DNA from: an uncultured virus (IMG/VR IMGVR_UViG_3300028888_000136)
Taxonomy: Duplodnaviria > Heunggongvirae > Uroviricota > Caudoviricetes
Strand: one strand, 5' to 3'
Virus record (IMG/VR): IMGVR_UViG_3300028888_000136
DNA length: 20,000 nucleotides
Part shown: in pieces, positions 1 to 6,183 of the stretch
Position numbering within the stretch: position 1 is the stretch's first letter
Layout of the letters: each line of letters starts with the position of its first letter
Notes under the pieces: generated by a model
Told to the model about the DNA's origin: nothing
Seen by the model: only the letters and a program-made list of their open reading frames with translations
Databases searched by the model: none
Program-made: the position numbers and the translations under genes

Positions 1-9
1 GGCGTTAAT

Positions 10-339
10 TTATTCTTCTTCTTGTTCCTCTTGTTTTTCAACATACTCTTCAAATTGCAAGAAAATCCACCCGCTGGCATTGCTGTATGCTTCTGTTATA
101 TGTTCTACGTCTTTGACGAAAAAAACCTCCCGTTTGTCTCTAATTTCCACACACAGCGTTGAATTGTTCTGAATATACATTAACACCTTGAATCCGTTTT
201 CGCTTTCAAGCACAAAACGCTTCCCCAGCGCGGCACATTGTAGGAAGTTATTGTAACAATCAAACATCATATCAACAAAATTGGTTACGTTTTCGTTGTT
301 CTCTGCGTTTTTGCTCGCCAGCACTTGATTTTCTTTCAT
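10..339 (-). CDS. hypothetical protein, 109 aa, acidic C-terminus
   Basis: Clean ORF with ATG and A-rich leader, divergent from the control region; no family recognised. Confidence 0.7.
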   Translation of the reverse strand: MKENQVLASKNAENNENVTNFVDMMFDCYNNFLQCAALGKRFVLESENGFKVLMYIQNNSTLCVEIRDKREVFFVKDVEHITEAYSNASGWIFLQFEEYVEKQEEQEEE

Positions 340-384
340 ATTACTTTTTAATTTATATCACAACCAACATCGGCTGTGCAGGTA

Positions 385-413
385 GTTATACATTTAAGTT
401 TTGAAAAATCCAA
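385..413 (-). promoter_or_regulatory. putative leftward promoter for the 10..339 gene
   Basis: Minus strand reads TTGGAT-N17-TATAAC; the region is AT-rich, so a chance match is possible. Confidence 0.4.
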
Positions 414-682
414 ATTTAAATTAATTTTTATTAAAAGTCAATTTGGCGGGCGGAACATTTTCGTGCCATCTAAAGATGGATTCACTGTTGGAATACTTGA
501 TGTTGCTTCGCTTTTAGATGTAACCTGCTGATATTGAGATACCATTCACCAAAGAGCCGATTTAAGAGGCGATTAGTAGTTGAGAGGATAGATTATACCA
601 GTTGGTATATTATCGCTTGTCCTGTGTTATCCCTGCCACCACCAGAAAGAAAATTCAGATATTGGTATATTTGTAAAAACGA

Positions 683-722
683 ACACGCAAGTGTGAGAAC
701 ATTCCAACGATAGTTGGGATGT
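683..722 (+). other. tandem hairpins in the origin/control region
   Basis: ACAC-GCAA-GTGT (683-694) followed by ACATTCCAAC-GATA-GTTGGGATGT (699-722). Confidence 0.45.
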
Positions 723-763
723 AAATAAATAATTTTAATTAAAAAAATTATTCTATACTGCTA

Positions 764-838
764 AGGTATATATACCTATAGGTATATTAGTAATATCTAT
801 ATTACTTTATTAAATAGATATTAGTAATATCGATATTA
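764..838. repeat. overlapping palindromes and a 21-bp direct repeat, origin-like AT-rich tract
   Basis: Perfect palindromes AGGTATATATACCT (764-777) and ATATACCTATAGGTATAT (770-787); ATATTAGTAATATC(T/G)ATATTA at 784-804 and 818-838. Confidence 0.7.
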
Positions 839-961
839 TTAATTGGGGTTATAACGCCAATCAAATTGAAAAATTCCCCAATCAAATACTAATTGATTGG
901 GTATATAACGCCAATCAATTTATATGTTCCGCATATTGACTGGTATTATATTACCAATCAA
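839..961. repeat. three inverted-repeat boxes TTGATTGG-N10-CCAATCAA plus one half-site (putative iterons/operators)
   Basis: 839-864 TTAATTGG-ggttataacg-CCAATCAA; 893-918 TTGATTGG-gtatataacg-CCAATCAA; 936-961 TTGACTGG-tattatatta-CCAATCAA; extra CCAATCAA at 878-885. Confidence 0.8.
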
Positions 962-1016
962 AATAGCAGTGTTATTTCTTAAAAATTGTTAAAAATAATT
1001 ATTTTTTAGAAAATTA

Positions 1017-1045
1017 TTGATTTATTAGCTATTTATTTGTATAAT
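1017..1045 (+). promoter_or_regulatory. putative promoter of the replication operon
   Basis: TTGATT (1017-1022), 17-bp spacer, TATAAT (1040-1045). Confidence 0.55.
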
Positions 1046-1066
1046 AGTAATAGAAAGTAGCAGTGC

Positions 1067-1166
1067 GATACCACATAGCACATAGAGGAATAATGGCTGT
1101 CAGATTGGAACTTATGGTAGTGGTATCCCGTAACTCCAACGACAGCCGCTTTTTTAAGATACCACA
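1067..1166 (+). ncRNA. structured 5' leader / attenuator-like cis-regulatory RNA
   Basis: Stem GGCTGTC(1095-1101)/GACAGCC(1141-1147), TTGGA/TCCAA, TTATGG/CCGTAA, followed by T6 (1150-1155). Loop GTGGTATC (1120-1127) is the reverse complement of GATACCAC at 1067-1074 and 1158-1165. Confidence 0.6.
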
Positions 1167-1169
1167 ACA

Positions 1170-1709
1170 ATGTTACAGTTAACAAATTATTCCAAGCTAC
1201 CGAGCATAATATTTAACTCGGTGGAACTAAACCCAAATGAAAAAATAATGCTTGCATATTTGACCAACAGAGCAAATTATTTCAATAGAGAAGATGATTG
1301 GTTTGGTGTTCCTCTTTGTTGTTTTGCAAGTGATATAGGTTTCAATGACCACCACAAAGTGTCTGATGTCAGAAAGTCTCTTGTGAATATGGGTCTTATA
1401 GAGTATAAGAGAGGCGGCAATGCGAAATCATCCAAATACAAAGTATGCTGGGATAATATTTATGAAAACCTCACATCAAGATATGAAACAAAAACAGAAG
1501 AAGAGAATCAAATCAACGATGTGATAAATGAAAAAATAGAAGACGTAATAAACAATAAGAAATCAAATTACGACATATCGTTCGAAAATCCAGAGTTTCG
1601 TAAAAAACTTACCGCTATGAAGGAAAATATTTCAAGACAATTCAATGTAGCAGAAGAAGAGGTACGAAATAACATAATAAACACTTTTAATAATAAAATT
1701 AAAATTTAA
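1170..1709 (+). CDS. winged helix-turn-helix protein, putative replication initiator/organiser
   Basis: N-terminal pattern LNPNEKIMLAYL...WF...FASDIGF...KVSDVRKSLVNMGLIEYKRG...KYKV resembles phage replisome-organiser wHTH domains; lies next to the iteron-like boxes. Confidence 0.65.
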   Translation: MLQLTNYSKLPSIIFNSVELNPNEKIMLAYLTNRANYFNREDDWFGVPLCCFASDIGFNDHHKVSDVRKSLVNMGLIEYKRGGNAKSSKYKVCWDNIYENLTSRYETKTEEENQINDVINEKIEDVINNKKSNYDISFENPEFRKKLTAMKENISRQFNVAEEEVRNNIINTFNNKIKI

Positions 1710-1715
1710 AAAAAA

Positions 1716-1970
1716 ATGACTAAAAACATTGAAGAAACAATCGCCTTGATATTAAGGCCTAACGTAATGGAAGCCGCGTTCCAATTAAACGAAGTTGATT
1801 TCAAGTATTTAATAACAAAATTGTATTACTTCTCTAGGGGTAAGGAATACAACGAAACACCTGATAACGAAAACCCTTTGGTAAAAGTTATTTTTGATAT
1901 GGAGAAATCATTTTTGGAATACAATCTCAACAGGTTCATTAAGAATAACGGTGAAAAAATTAACCAATAA
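1716..1970 (+). CDS. DUF6291-like small helical protein (replication-associated)
   Basis: MEAAFQLNEVDFKYLITKLYYF...E...NPLVKVIFDMEKSFLEYNLNRF matches the pattern I associate with DUF6291. Confidence 0.55.
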   Translation: MTKNIEETIALILRPNVMEAAFQLNEVDFKYLITKLYYFSRGKEYNETPDNENPLVKVIFDMEKSFLEYNLNRFIKNNGEKINQ

Positions 1971-1973
1971 CAT

Positions 1974-2345
1974 ATGGACAAATTCATACCAAAAGAAGAG
2001 TGGCCGTCACAAGTCAGGCCGAATTCAACAGACAGTGAACTTTTGAGATGCGGTAACATCCTGAGGAAATGGATAAATGAAGACAAAAACATTGACGTTG
2101 ATTTTGACTTTTTCTCCTTGTATAAGGCTATTGTAAGTTACATTGAAGCATATAAACGTAATGGAATAGAATTTGACGAATATTATTCCTTAATATGTTT
2201 GAAAATAATAAACGACATATTGTTGTTTCTAGCCGACCGACACAACAGGGAAATAGATGACTACCTGATAGACAGGGACTATGAGAACGCCAGAAACTAC
2301 ATAAAGAAAAAATATCACTTAGAAGAAACAACGAAGCCAGCCTAA
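1974..2345 (+). CDS. hypothetical protein, 123 aa
   Basis: Tightly packed ORF in the same operon, ending in a terminator. Confidence 0.75.
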   Translation: MDKFIPKEEWPSQVRPNSTDSELLRCGNILRKWINEDKNIDVDFDFFSLYKAIVSYIEAYKRNGIEFDEYYSLICLKIINDILLFLADRHNREIDDYLIDRDYENARNYIKKKYHLEETTKPA

Positions 2346-2361
2346 TCAGGCTGGTTTTTTT
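2334..2361 (+). terminator. intrinsic terminator
   Basis: AAGCCAGCCT-AATC-AGGCTGGTTT followed by a T-tract. Confidence 0.85.
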
Positions 2362-2395
2362 ATTTAATGTTGATATATGAATTTTTCATTTTCTT

Positions 2396-2428
2396 TTGAC
2401 TTTTTCATTATTTTATGTATATTATAAT
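2396..2428 (+). promoter_or_regulatory. putative promoter of the second operon
   Basis: TTGACT at 2396-2401 with TATATT/TATTAT/TATAAT at 2418-2428, directly after a terminator. Confidence 0.5.
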
Positions 2429-2488
2429 TGAAAAAAAAAGAAAACAACACACTATTTATATTAAAATAACAAAATAAAAAAAATATGA

Positions 2489-3052
2489 ATGACAAAAATA
2501 AACATTCTAGTCCGTAGCGGACAGTATTGCAGGGTATTTTCAAGTCAAACATTCTCAATAAGGAATTTGATAACACAACTAAGAAGGTATAATCCCAACG
2601 CAGATGTACTATGTATTTGGTACGGGGAAGGCACACTTTATTTCGCCTCCAACGATGAATGGAAAAAACTACCGTTACACTCTTGGAGAGTGCCAGATGC
2701 AATTTACATCCCAACCGACAATGACAAAGTTAGTTTACTTGAGAACTACGACTATAGAACAGCCGTAAATCTGTCGTATGCGAGATGTATGAACATTGGC
2801 AAGTATCCAAAGCTTCACCCGTTCAAAGGCGTTAAAATAGGCGGTCATTTGCCATCAGAATTGTCCAAATACGAGGATGCACACTATCCTTTGTTTGTGG
2901 CCGACAATGAGAACCCGTACGCCAACAAAGAGGATATATTGCTGCACTTGGACGGTTACAGGATTGAAAAGAAAGTCAACGGATATGACATAGCTGGCTA
3001 TTTGATTGAAAATAATAGATACAGTTCAATCGAAGATGGCGATAGAGCATAG
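2489..3052 (+). CDS. hypothetical protein, possibly degenerate RimK/ATP-grasp-like fold
   Basis: 187-aa ORF; weak by-eye resemblance to the RimK N-terminal half (KINIL...SIRNL...PDAIYIP...AVNLSYA...GK...YPLFV...IEKKVNGYDI). Confidence 0.6.
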   Translation: MTKINILVRSGQYCRVFSSQTFSIRNLITQLRRYNPNADVLCIWYGEGTLYFASNDEWKKLPLHSWRVPDAIYIPTDNDKVSLLENYDYRTAVNLSYARCMNIGKYPKLHPFKGVKIGGHLPSELSKYEDAHYPLFVADNENPYANKEDILLHLDGYRIEKKVNGYDIAGYLIENNRYSSIEDGDRA

Positions 3053-3371
3053 TAATGAATCAGAATTCATCGCATATTGCACAAGGTGCCTTGCTATAGA
3101 TATTAGAGTGGAAGGGAATTTAGAATACTGTCCTCACTGTTTCAAGAGAAAAAACCCCTCAACGATTGATTTCACCACTTGGGAGAGGTGGGAAGAACTA
3201 TACGAACAAAAGTACGGTCATCAGCTGGTAGAGAAAAAAACGCCATACGATGACATCAGTGAGGTTTTTTACGAGGAAGCCGAAGAAACAATCACAGAGA
3301 TAGATGCAATCAGCAAGCAAATGATTGTTAGAGAGAAAATTAATTTGAATTTAGACCGTCTAAAGGAATAA
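3036..3371 (+). CDS. zinc-ribbon hypothetical protein
   Basis: YCTRCL...YCPHC (two CxxC) followed by WERWEELYEQKYG; ATG at 3036 preferred over TTG at 3006. Confidence 0.75.
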   Translation: MAIEHSNESEFIAYCTRCLAIDIRVEGNLEYCPHCFKRKNPSTIDFTTWERWEELYEQKYGHQLVEKKTPYDDISEVFYEEAEETITEIDAISKQMIVREKINLNLDRLKE

Positions 3372-3392
3372 TATAGATAATTCTGAAAACAA

Positions 3393-3920
3393 GTGACAAA
3401 AAAACAAAAACATTTCATAGAAGCCAAAGCGCACGACAATGTAGATTTTCATTTTTTCAAACAAATGGTAAAGCCCAACTGGACTTGCACACAGACTGGG
3501 GACCCAGACAAATTCTCGGATGGTGATTTCAGCGAGTATGACGTACTGGTGACTGACGGTCATAAAGAATTCTATGTAGAGCTGAAGGGCCGAAAATACC
3601 AACTTAACGAAAAACTCCTCAATGAAGGGTGTCTGATTGACAGGGATAAAGTTGAAGAGCTTGAAAAGTTCGGTAACGCTTATGTTGTTCAGTTTTTCCC
3701 TGAGAGCAACAGGACGTTTGTTTGGGATATACACAACAAAAAAGACTGGAGATACCAAGAGACTATAACCACACCGTTCGAGCTTGGAAGCGAAAGGAAA
3801 ATAAACAAGGATGTATATTTTATGCCTTTTTCACCTGAGAACGAGAGATACATTGATATTTCAAACTATAATGAACTACTTGGCAAGGAAATAGACAGAC
3901 TTACAAAAAATTATGAATAA
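3393..3920 (+). CDS. PD-(D/E)xK nuclease-fold protein
   Basis: FSEYDVLV...FYVELKGR provides the D...ExK catalytic motif; GTG start. Confidence 0.65.
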   Translation: MTKKQKHFIEAKAHDNVDFHFFKQMVKPNWTCTQTGDPDKFSDGDFSEYDVLVTDGHKEFYVELKGRKYQLNEKLLNEGCLIDRDKVEELEKFGNAYVVQFFPESNRTFVWDIHNKKDWRYQETITTPFELGSERKINKDVYFMPFSPENERYIDISNYNELLGKEIDRLTKNYE

Positions 3921-3938
3921 CAAGGAAAACAAATACTG

Positions 3939-4145
3939 ATGACAACAAAGAAAAAAGCGTTCAAAGTTATTTACAACCTCATAGTTGACGGTGTTTTGGC
4001 TGAAAAAGAGGCTTACAACCTCATAGAAGGTATTTTCGACAGGGAAGTTATGCAGATTCCTGTGCCGATACCAACAGCTGAAACAGAGAACCCGATGGAA
4101 GAGCCAGTTAATAATGTAGAAGTGAAAGGTTTTCACTTGGAATAA
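3939..4145 (+). CDS. hypothetical protein, 68 aa
   Basis: Fills the gap in the operon; Pro-rich tail ending VEVKGFHLE. Confidence 0.7.
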   Translation: MTTKKKAFKVIYNLIVDGVLAEKEAYNLIEGIFDREVMQIPVPIPTAETENPMEEPVNNVEVKGFHLE

Positions 4146-4166
4146 TTGAAGAAAATTCAAAGATTA

Positions 4167-4646
4167 ATGGCTAAATGGTTCAAATTGAAGGAGTTTTGTG
4201 TTTCAGGGTCACATCCAGAGCTGGTTGAGGTTCCGAAAGAAGGAACACCAATCTATAACAACATAGTATATCTGATGGAGAGGATGGACATAATAAGGGA
4301 AAAATGGAACGGTCCGATAATTGTCACCAGCGGATATAGACCACCGAAACTTAACAAGGCTGTAGGTTCAACTGCCAAGAATAGTGCGCATTTGGTCGGT
4401 CTCGCTGCCGATTTTCACCCGAAGAACGGAAAAATAATGGATTTGGCGAAACAGATAGCCAGTATGGAGATGGACTGGGACCAACTAATATTGGAGAAAT
4501 GCACAATAAAAAACAGTGAGATAATAAACTGCCAATGGCTACATCTTGGTTTCTCCAGAACAAACAACAGAAGACAAATTCTTGCTTGGGATGGCAAAAC
4601 CTACAAGCCAGTAAAAATAACCACAGAAAAGAAATTGACTGTTTAA
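4167..4646 (+). CDS. peptidase M15 family Zn-dependent peptidoglycan hydrolase (probable endolysin)
   Basis: PIIVTSGYR...LNKAVG...SAHLVGLAADF...DQLILE...WLHLGF: SxHxxGxAxD and WxH zinc-ligand motifs; ATG at 4167 preferred. Confidence 0.9.
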   Translation: MAKWFKLKEFCVSGSHPELVEVPKEGTPIYNNIVYLMERMDIIREKWNGPIIVTSGYRPPKLNKAVGSTAKNSAHLVGLAADFHPKNGKIMDLAKQIASMEMDWDQLILEKCTIKNSEIINCQWLHLGFSRTNNRRQILAWDGKTYKPVKITTEKKLTV

Positions 4647-5584
4647 TGGCAAGTAAGAACGAGAATTTACGCAAAGCTAAAAAAGCCAAAAATGATGAAT
4701 TCTTCACAAGAATAGAAGATATAGAGAAGGAGTTGGTTAATTACCAAGATTTTTTCAAAGACAAAGTGGTATATTGCAATTGTGACCATCCTACAGAGAG
4801 CAATTTCCCAAGATATTTCATTCTTAATTTTGAAAAGTTAGGTTTGAAAAAACTTGTTTCAACCTGTTTCATAAGTGACAGCAAAGGATGGGTTGGCACA
4901 AAAGAAAAAGACTGTGAATACACTATAGAGCAGCTTGCAAGTGACGGTGATTTCCGTTCCGAAGAGTGTATTGAATTTCTAAAAGAATGCGATGTTGTTG
5001 TGACCAACCCACCATTTAGTTTGTTTCGTGAGTATATTGCCCAACTGATTGAATACGAAAAAAAATTTTTAGTTATTGGAAACTTAAATGCTATCACTTA
5101 TAAAGATATTTTTTCCTTAATCAAAGATAATAAGATTTGGATGGGTACAACATATTTCAATGGTGGTGCAGCATATTTTTATGGTGATGCCAAAGTGTTT
5201 GATGTGAATAAGATTGCCAACCCAAAGAACGCTTGGGTGGAAAATGGTAAATTGTATTGGCGAGTTAATGGTGTTCGTTGGTTTACAAATATTGAGCATA
5301 AGAAGAGAAACACACCAATTGACATTTATAAGACCTATTCCGCAGAGAATTATCCAAAATATGATAACTACGATGCCATTGAGGTGTCAAAGGTTGTGGA
5401 GATTCCCGAAGATTACAAGGGAGTTATGGGTGTTCCCATTTCATTCCTTGACAAATATTGTCCTACACAATTTCAAATTGTGAAATTCCGTAAGGGTGAT
5501 GACAATAAAGATTTGTCGGTCAATGGTAAATGTCCTTATTTTAGAATTTTAATTAAGCGAGTTAAAAATAACGAAACAAAATAA
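4646..5584 (+). CDS. adenine-specific DNA methyltransferase, EcoRI family (orphan)
   Basis: NLRKAKKAKNDEFFT...VYCNCD...GDFRSEEC...VVTNPPFSLFREY...MGVPISFLDKY; NPPF motif IV; start overlaps the endolysin stop (TAATG). Confidence 0.92.
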   Translation: MASKNENLRKAKKAKNDEFFTRIEDIEKELVNYQDFFKDKVVYCNCDHPTESNFPRYFILNFEKLGLKKLVSTCFISDSKGWVGTKEKDCEYTIEQLASDGDFRSEECIEFLKECDVVVTNPPFSLFREYIAQLIEYEKKFLVIGNLNAITYKDIFSLIKDNKIWMGTTYFNGGAAYFYGDAKVFDVNKIANPKNAWVENGKLYWRVNGVRWFTNIEHKKRNTPIDIYKTYSAENYPKYDNYDAIEVSKVVEIPEDYKGVMGVPISFLDKYCPTQFQIVKFRKGDDNKDLSVNGKCPYFRILIKRVKNNETK

Positions 5585-5590
5585 ATATGA

Positions 5591-5989
5591 ATGTCCAAAA
5601 CAAAACACAAGAAAGATTGTGGAAAATTCAAATCGCATTTTGAATTGGAAGTATCTGAAAAAATGCCGACTGATAGCTATGAATGCGAGGAAATAGAGTA
5701 TGAAGTGCCAGTCATTGCAAGAGTGTATCATCCAGATTTCGTGACAGAGCCAGATGGAAAGAAAATATACTGGGAATGCAAGGGTAAACCAAGAAATCTT
5801 GAGGAAATGAAGAAGTATATCTACGTAAGAAATTCAAATCCAAATATAGATTTGAGGTTTATACTGATGGACAAAAAGACGCTGATGCCAAGAAGCAAGA
5901 AGACCACAGTTGCGGAATGGCTGAAAAAGAACGGATTCGTTTACTATTTATGGCCAGATATTCCAAAAAAACTTTTACAAAATTCTTGA
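5591..5989 (+). CDS. T7 endonuclease I-like Holliday junction resolvase
   Basis: FKSHFELEV...YE...IEY...YHPDF...WECKG...NPNIDLRFI...TTVAEWLKKNGF follows the phage endonuclease I pattern. Confidence 0.85.
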   Translation: MSKTKHKKDCGKFKSHFELEVSEKMPTDSYECEEIEYEVPVIARVYHPDFVTEPDGKKIYWECKGKPRNLEEMKKYIYVRNSNPNIDLRFILMDKKTLMPRSKKTTVAEWLKKNGFVYYLWPDIPKKLLQNS

Positions 5990-6014
5990 CATTTTCAGAA
6001 AAAAAAGATACAAT
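5986..6014 (+). promoter_or_regulatory. putative promoter
   Basis: TTGACA (5986-5991), 17-bp spacer, TACAAT (6009-6014), overlapping the resolvase stop codon. Confidence 0.5.
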
Positions 6015-6043
6015 TAAAATTGACTAAATTCTTCTAATACTGG

Positions 6044-6086
6044 CTGGGAGCGCATACAAGGTGTGTAGCTTCCAGTTTTTTTTTTT
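6044..6086 (+). terminator. intrinsic terminator 1
   Basis: CTGGGAGC-GCATAC-AAG-GTGTGT-A-GCTTCCAG followed by T11. Confidence 0.8.
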
Positions 6087-6090
6087 AACG

Positions 6091-6123
6091 AAGGGCTACC
6101 CATTTAGAGTAGCCCTTTTTTTT
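6091..6123. terminator. intrinsic terminator 2, possibly bidirectional
   Basis: AAGGGCTAC(6091-6099)/GTAGCCCTT(6109-6117); T-tract on the + strand, longer stem but weak U-tract on the - strand. Confidence 0.75.
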
Positions 6124-6165
6124 GGTCCAAGCCCAACACTGAAACTCGCACAAAGTCAAACGCGG

Positions 6166-6173
6166 CAAAGATA
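6166..6173 (-). promoter_or_regulatory. Bacteroidota-type -7 promoter element pointing into the non-coding gap
   Basis: Minus strand TATCTTTG (TAnnTTTG) followed by CCGC; no clear -33 TTTG. Confidence 0.55.
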
Positions 6174-6183
6174 GTATTTTTAT

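Noticed and set aside
839..961. CRISPR mini-array interpretation of the CCAATCAA repeats
   Set aside because: Units are short inverted half-sites with irregular 17-28 bp gaps, not 23-47 bp direct repeats with unique spacers; no cas genes.
4535..4645. N-terminal extension of the methyltransferase in the ORF track
   Set aside because: It overlaps the endolysin by over 100 nt; family similarity begins at MASKNENL (ATG 4646, TAATG coupling).
3393..5584. Complete type II restriction-modification system
   Set aside because: The PD-(D/E)xK gene is short, two genes away from the MTase and not EcoRI-like; an orphan MTase is more parsimonious.
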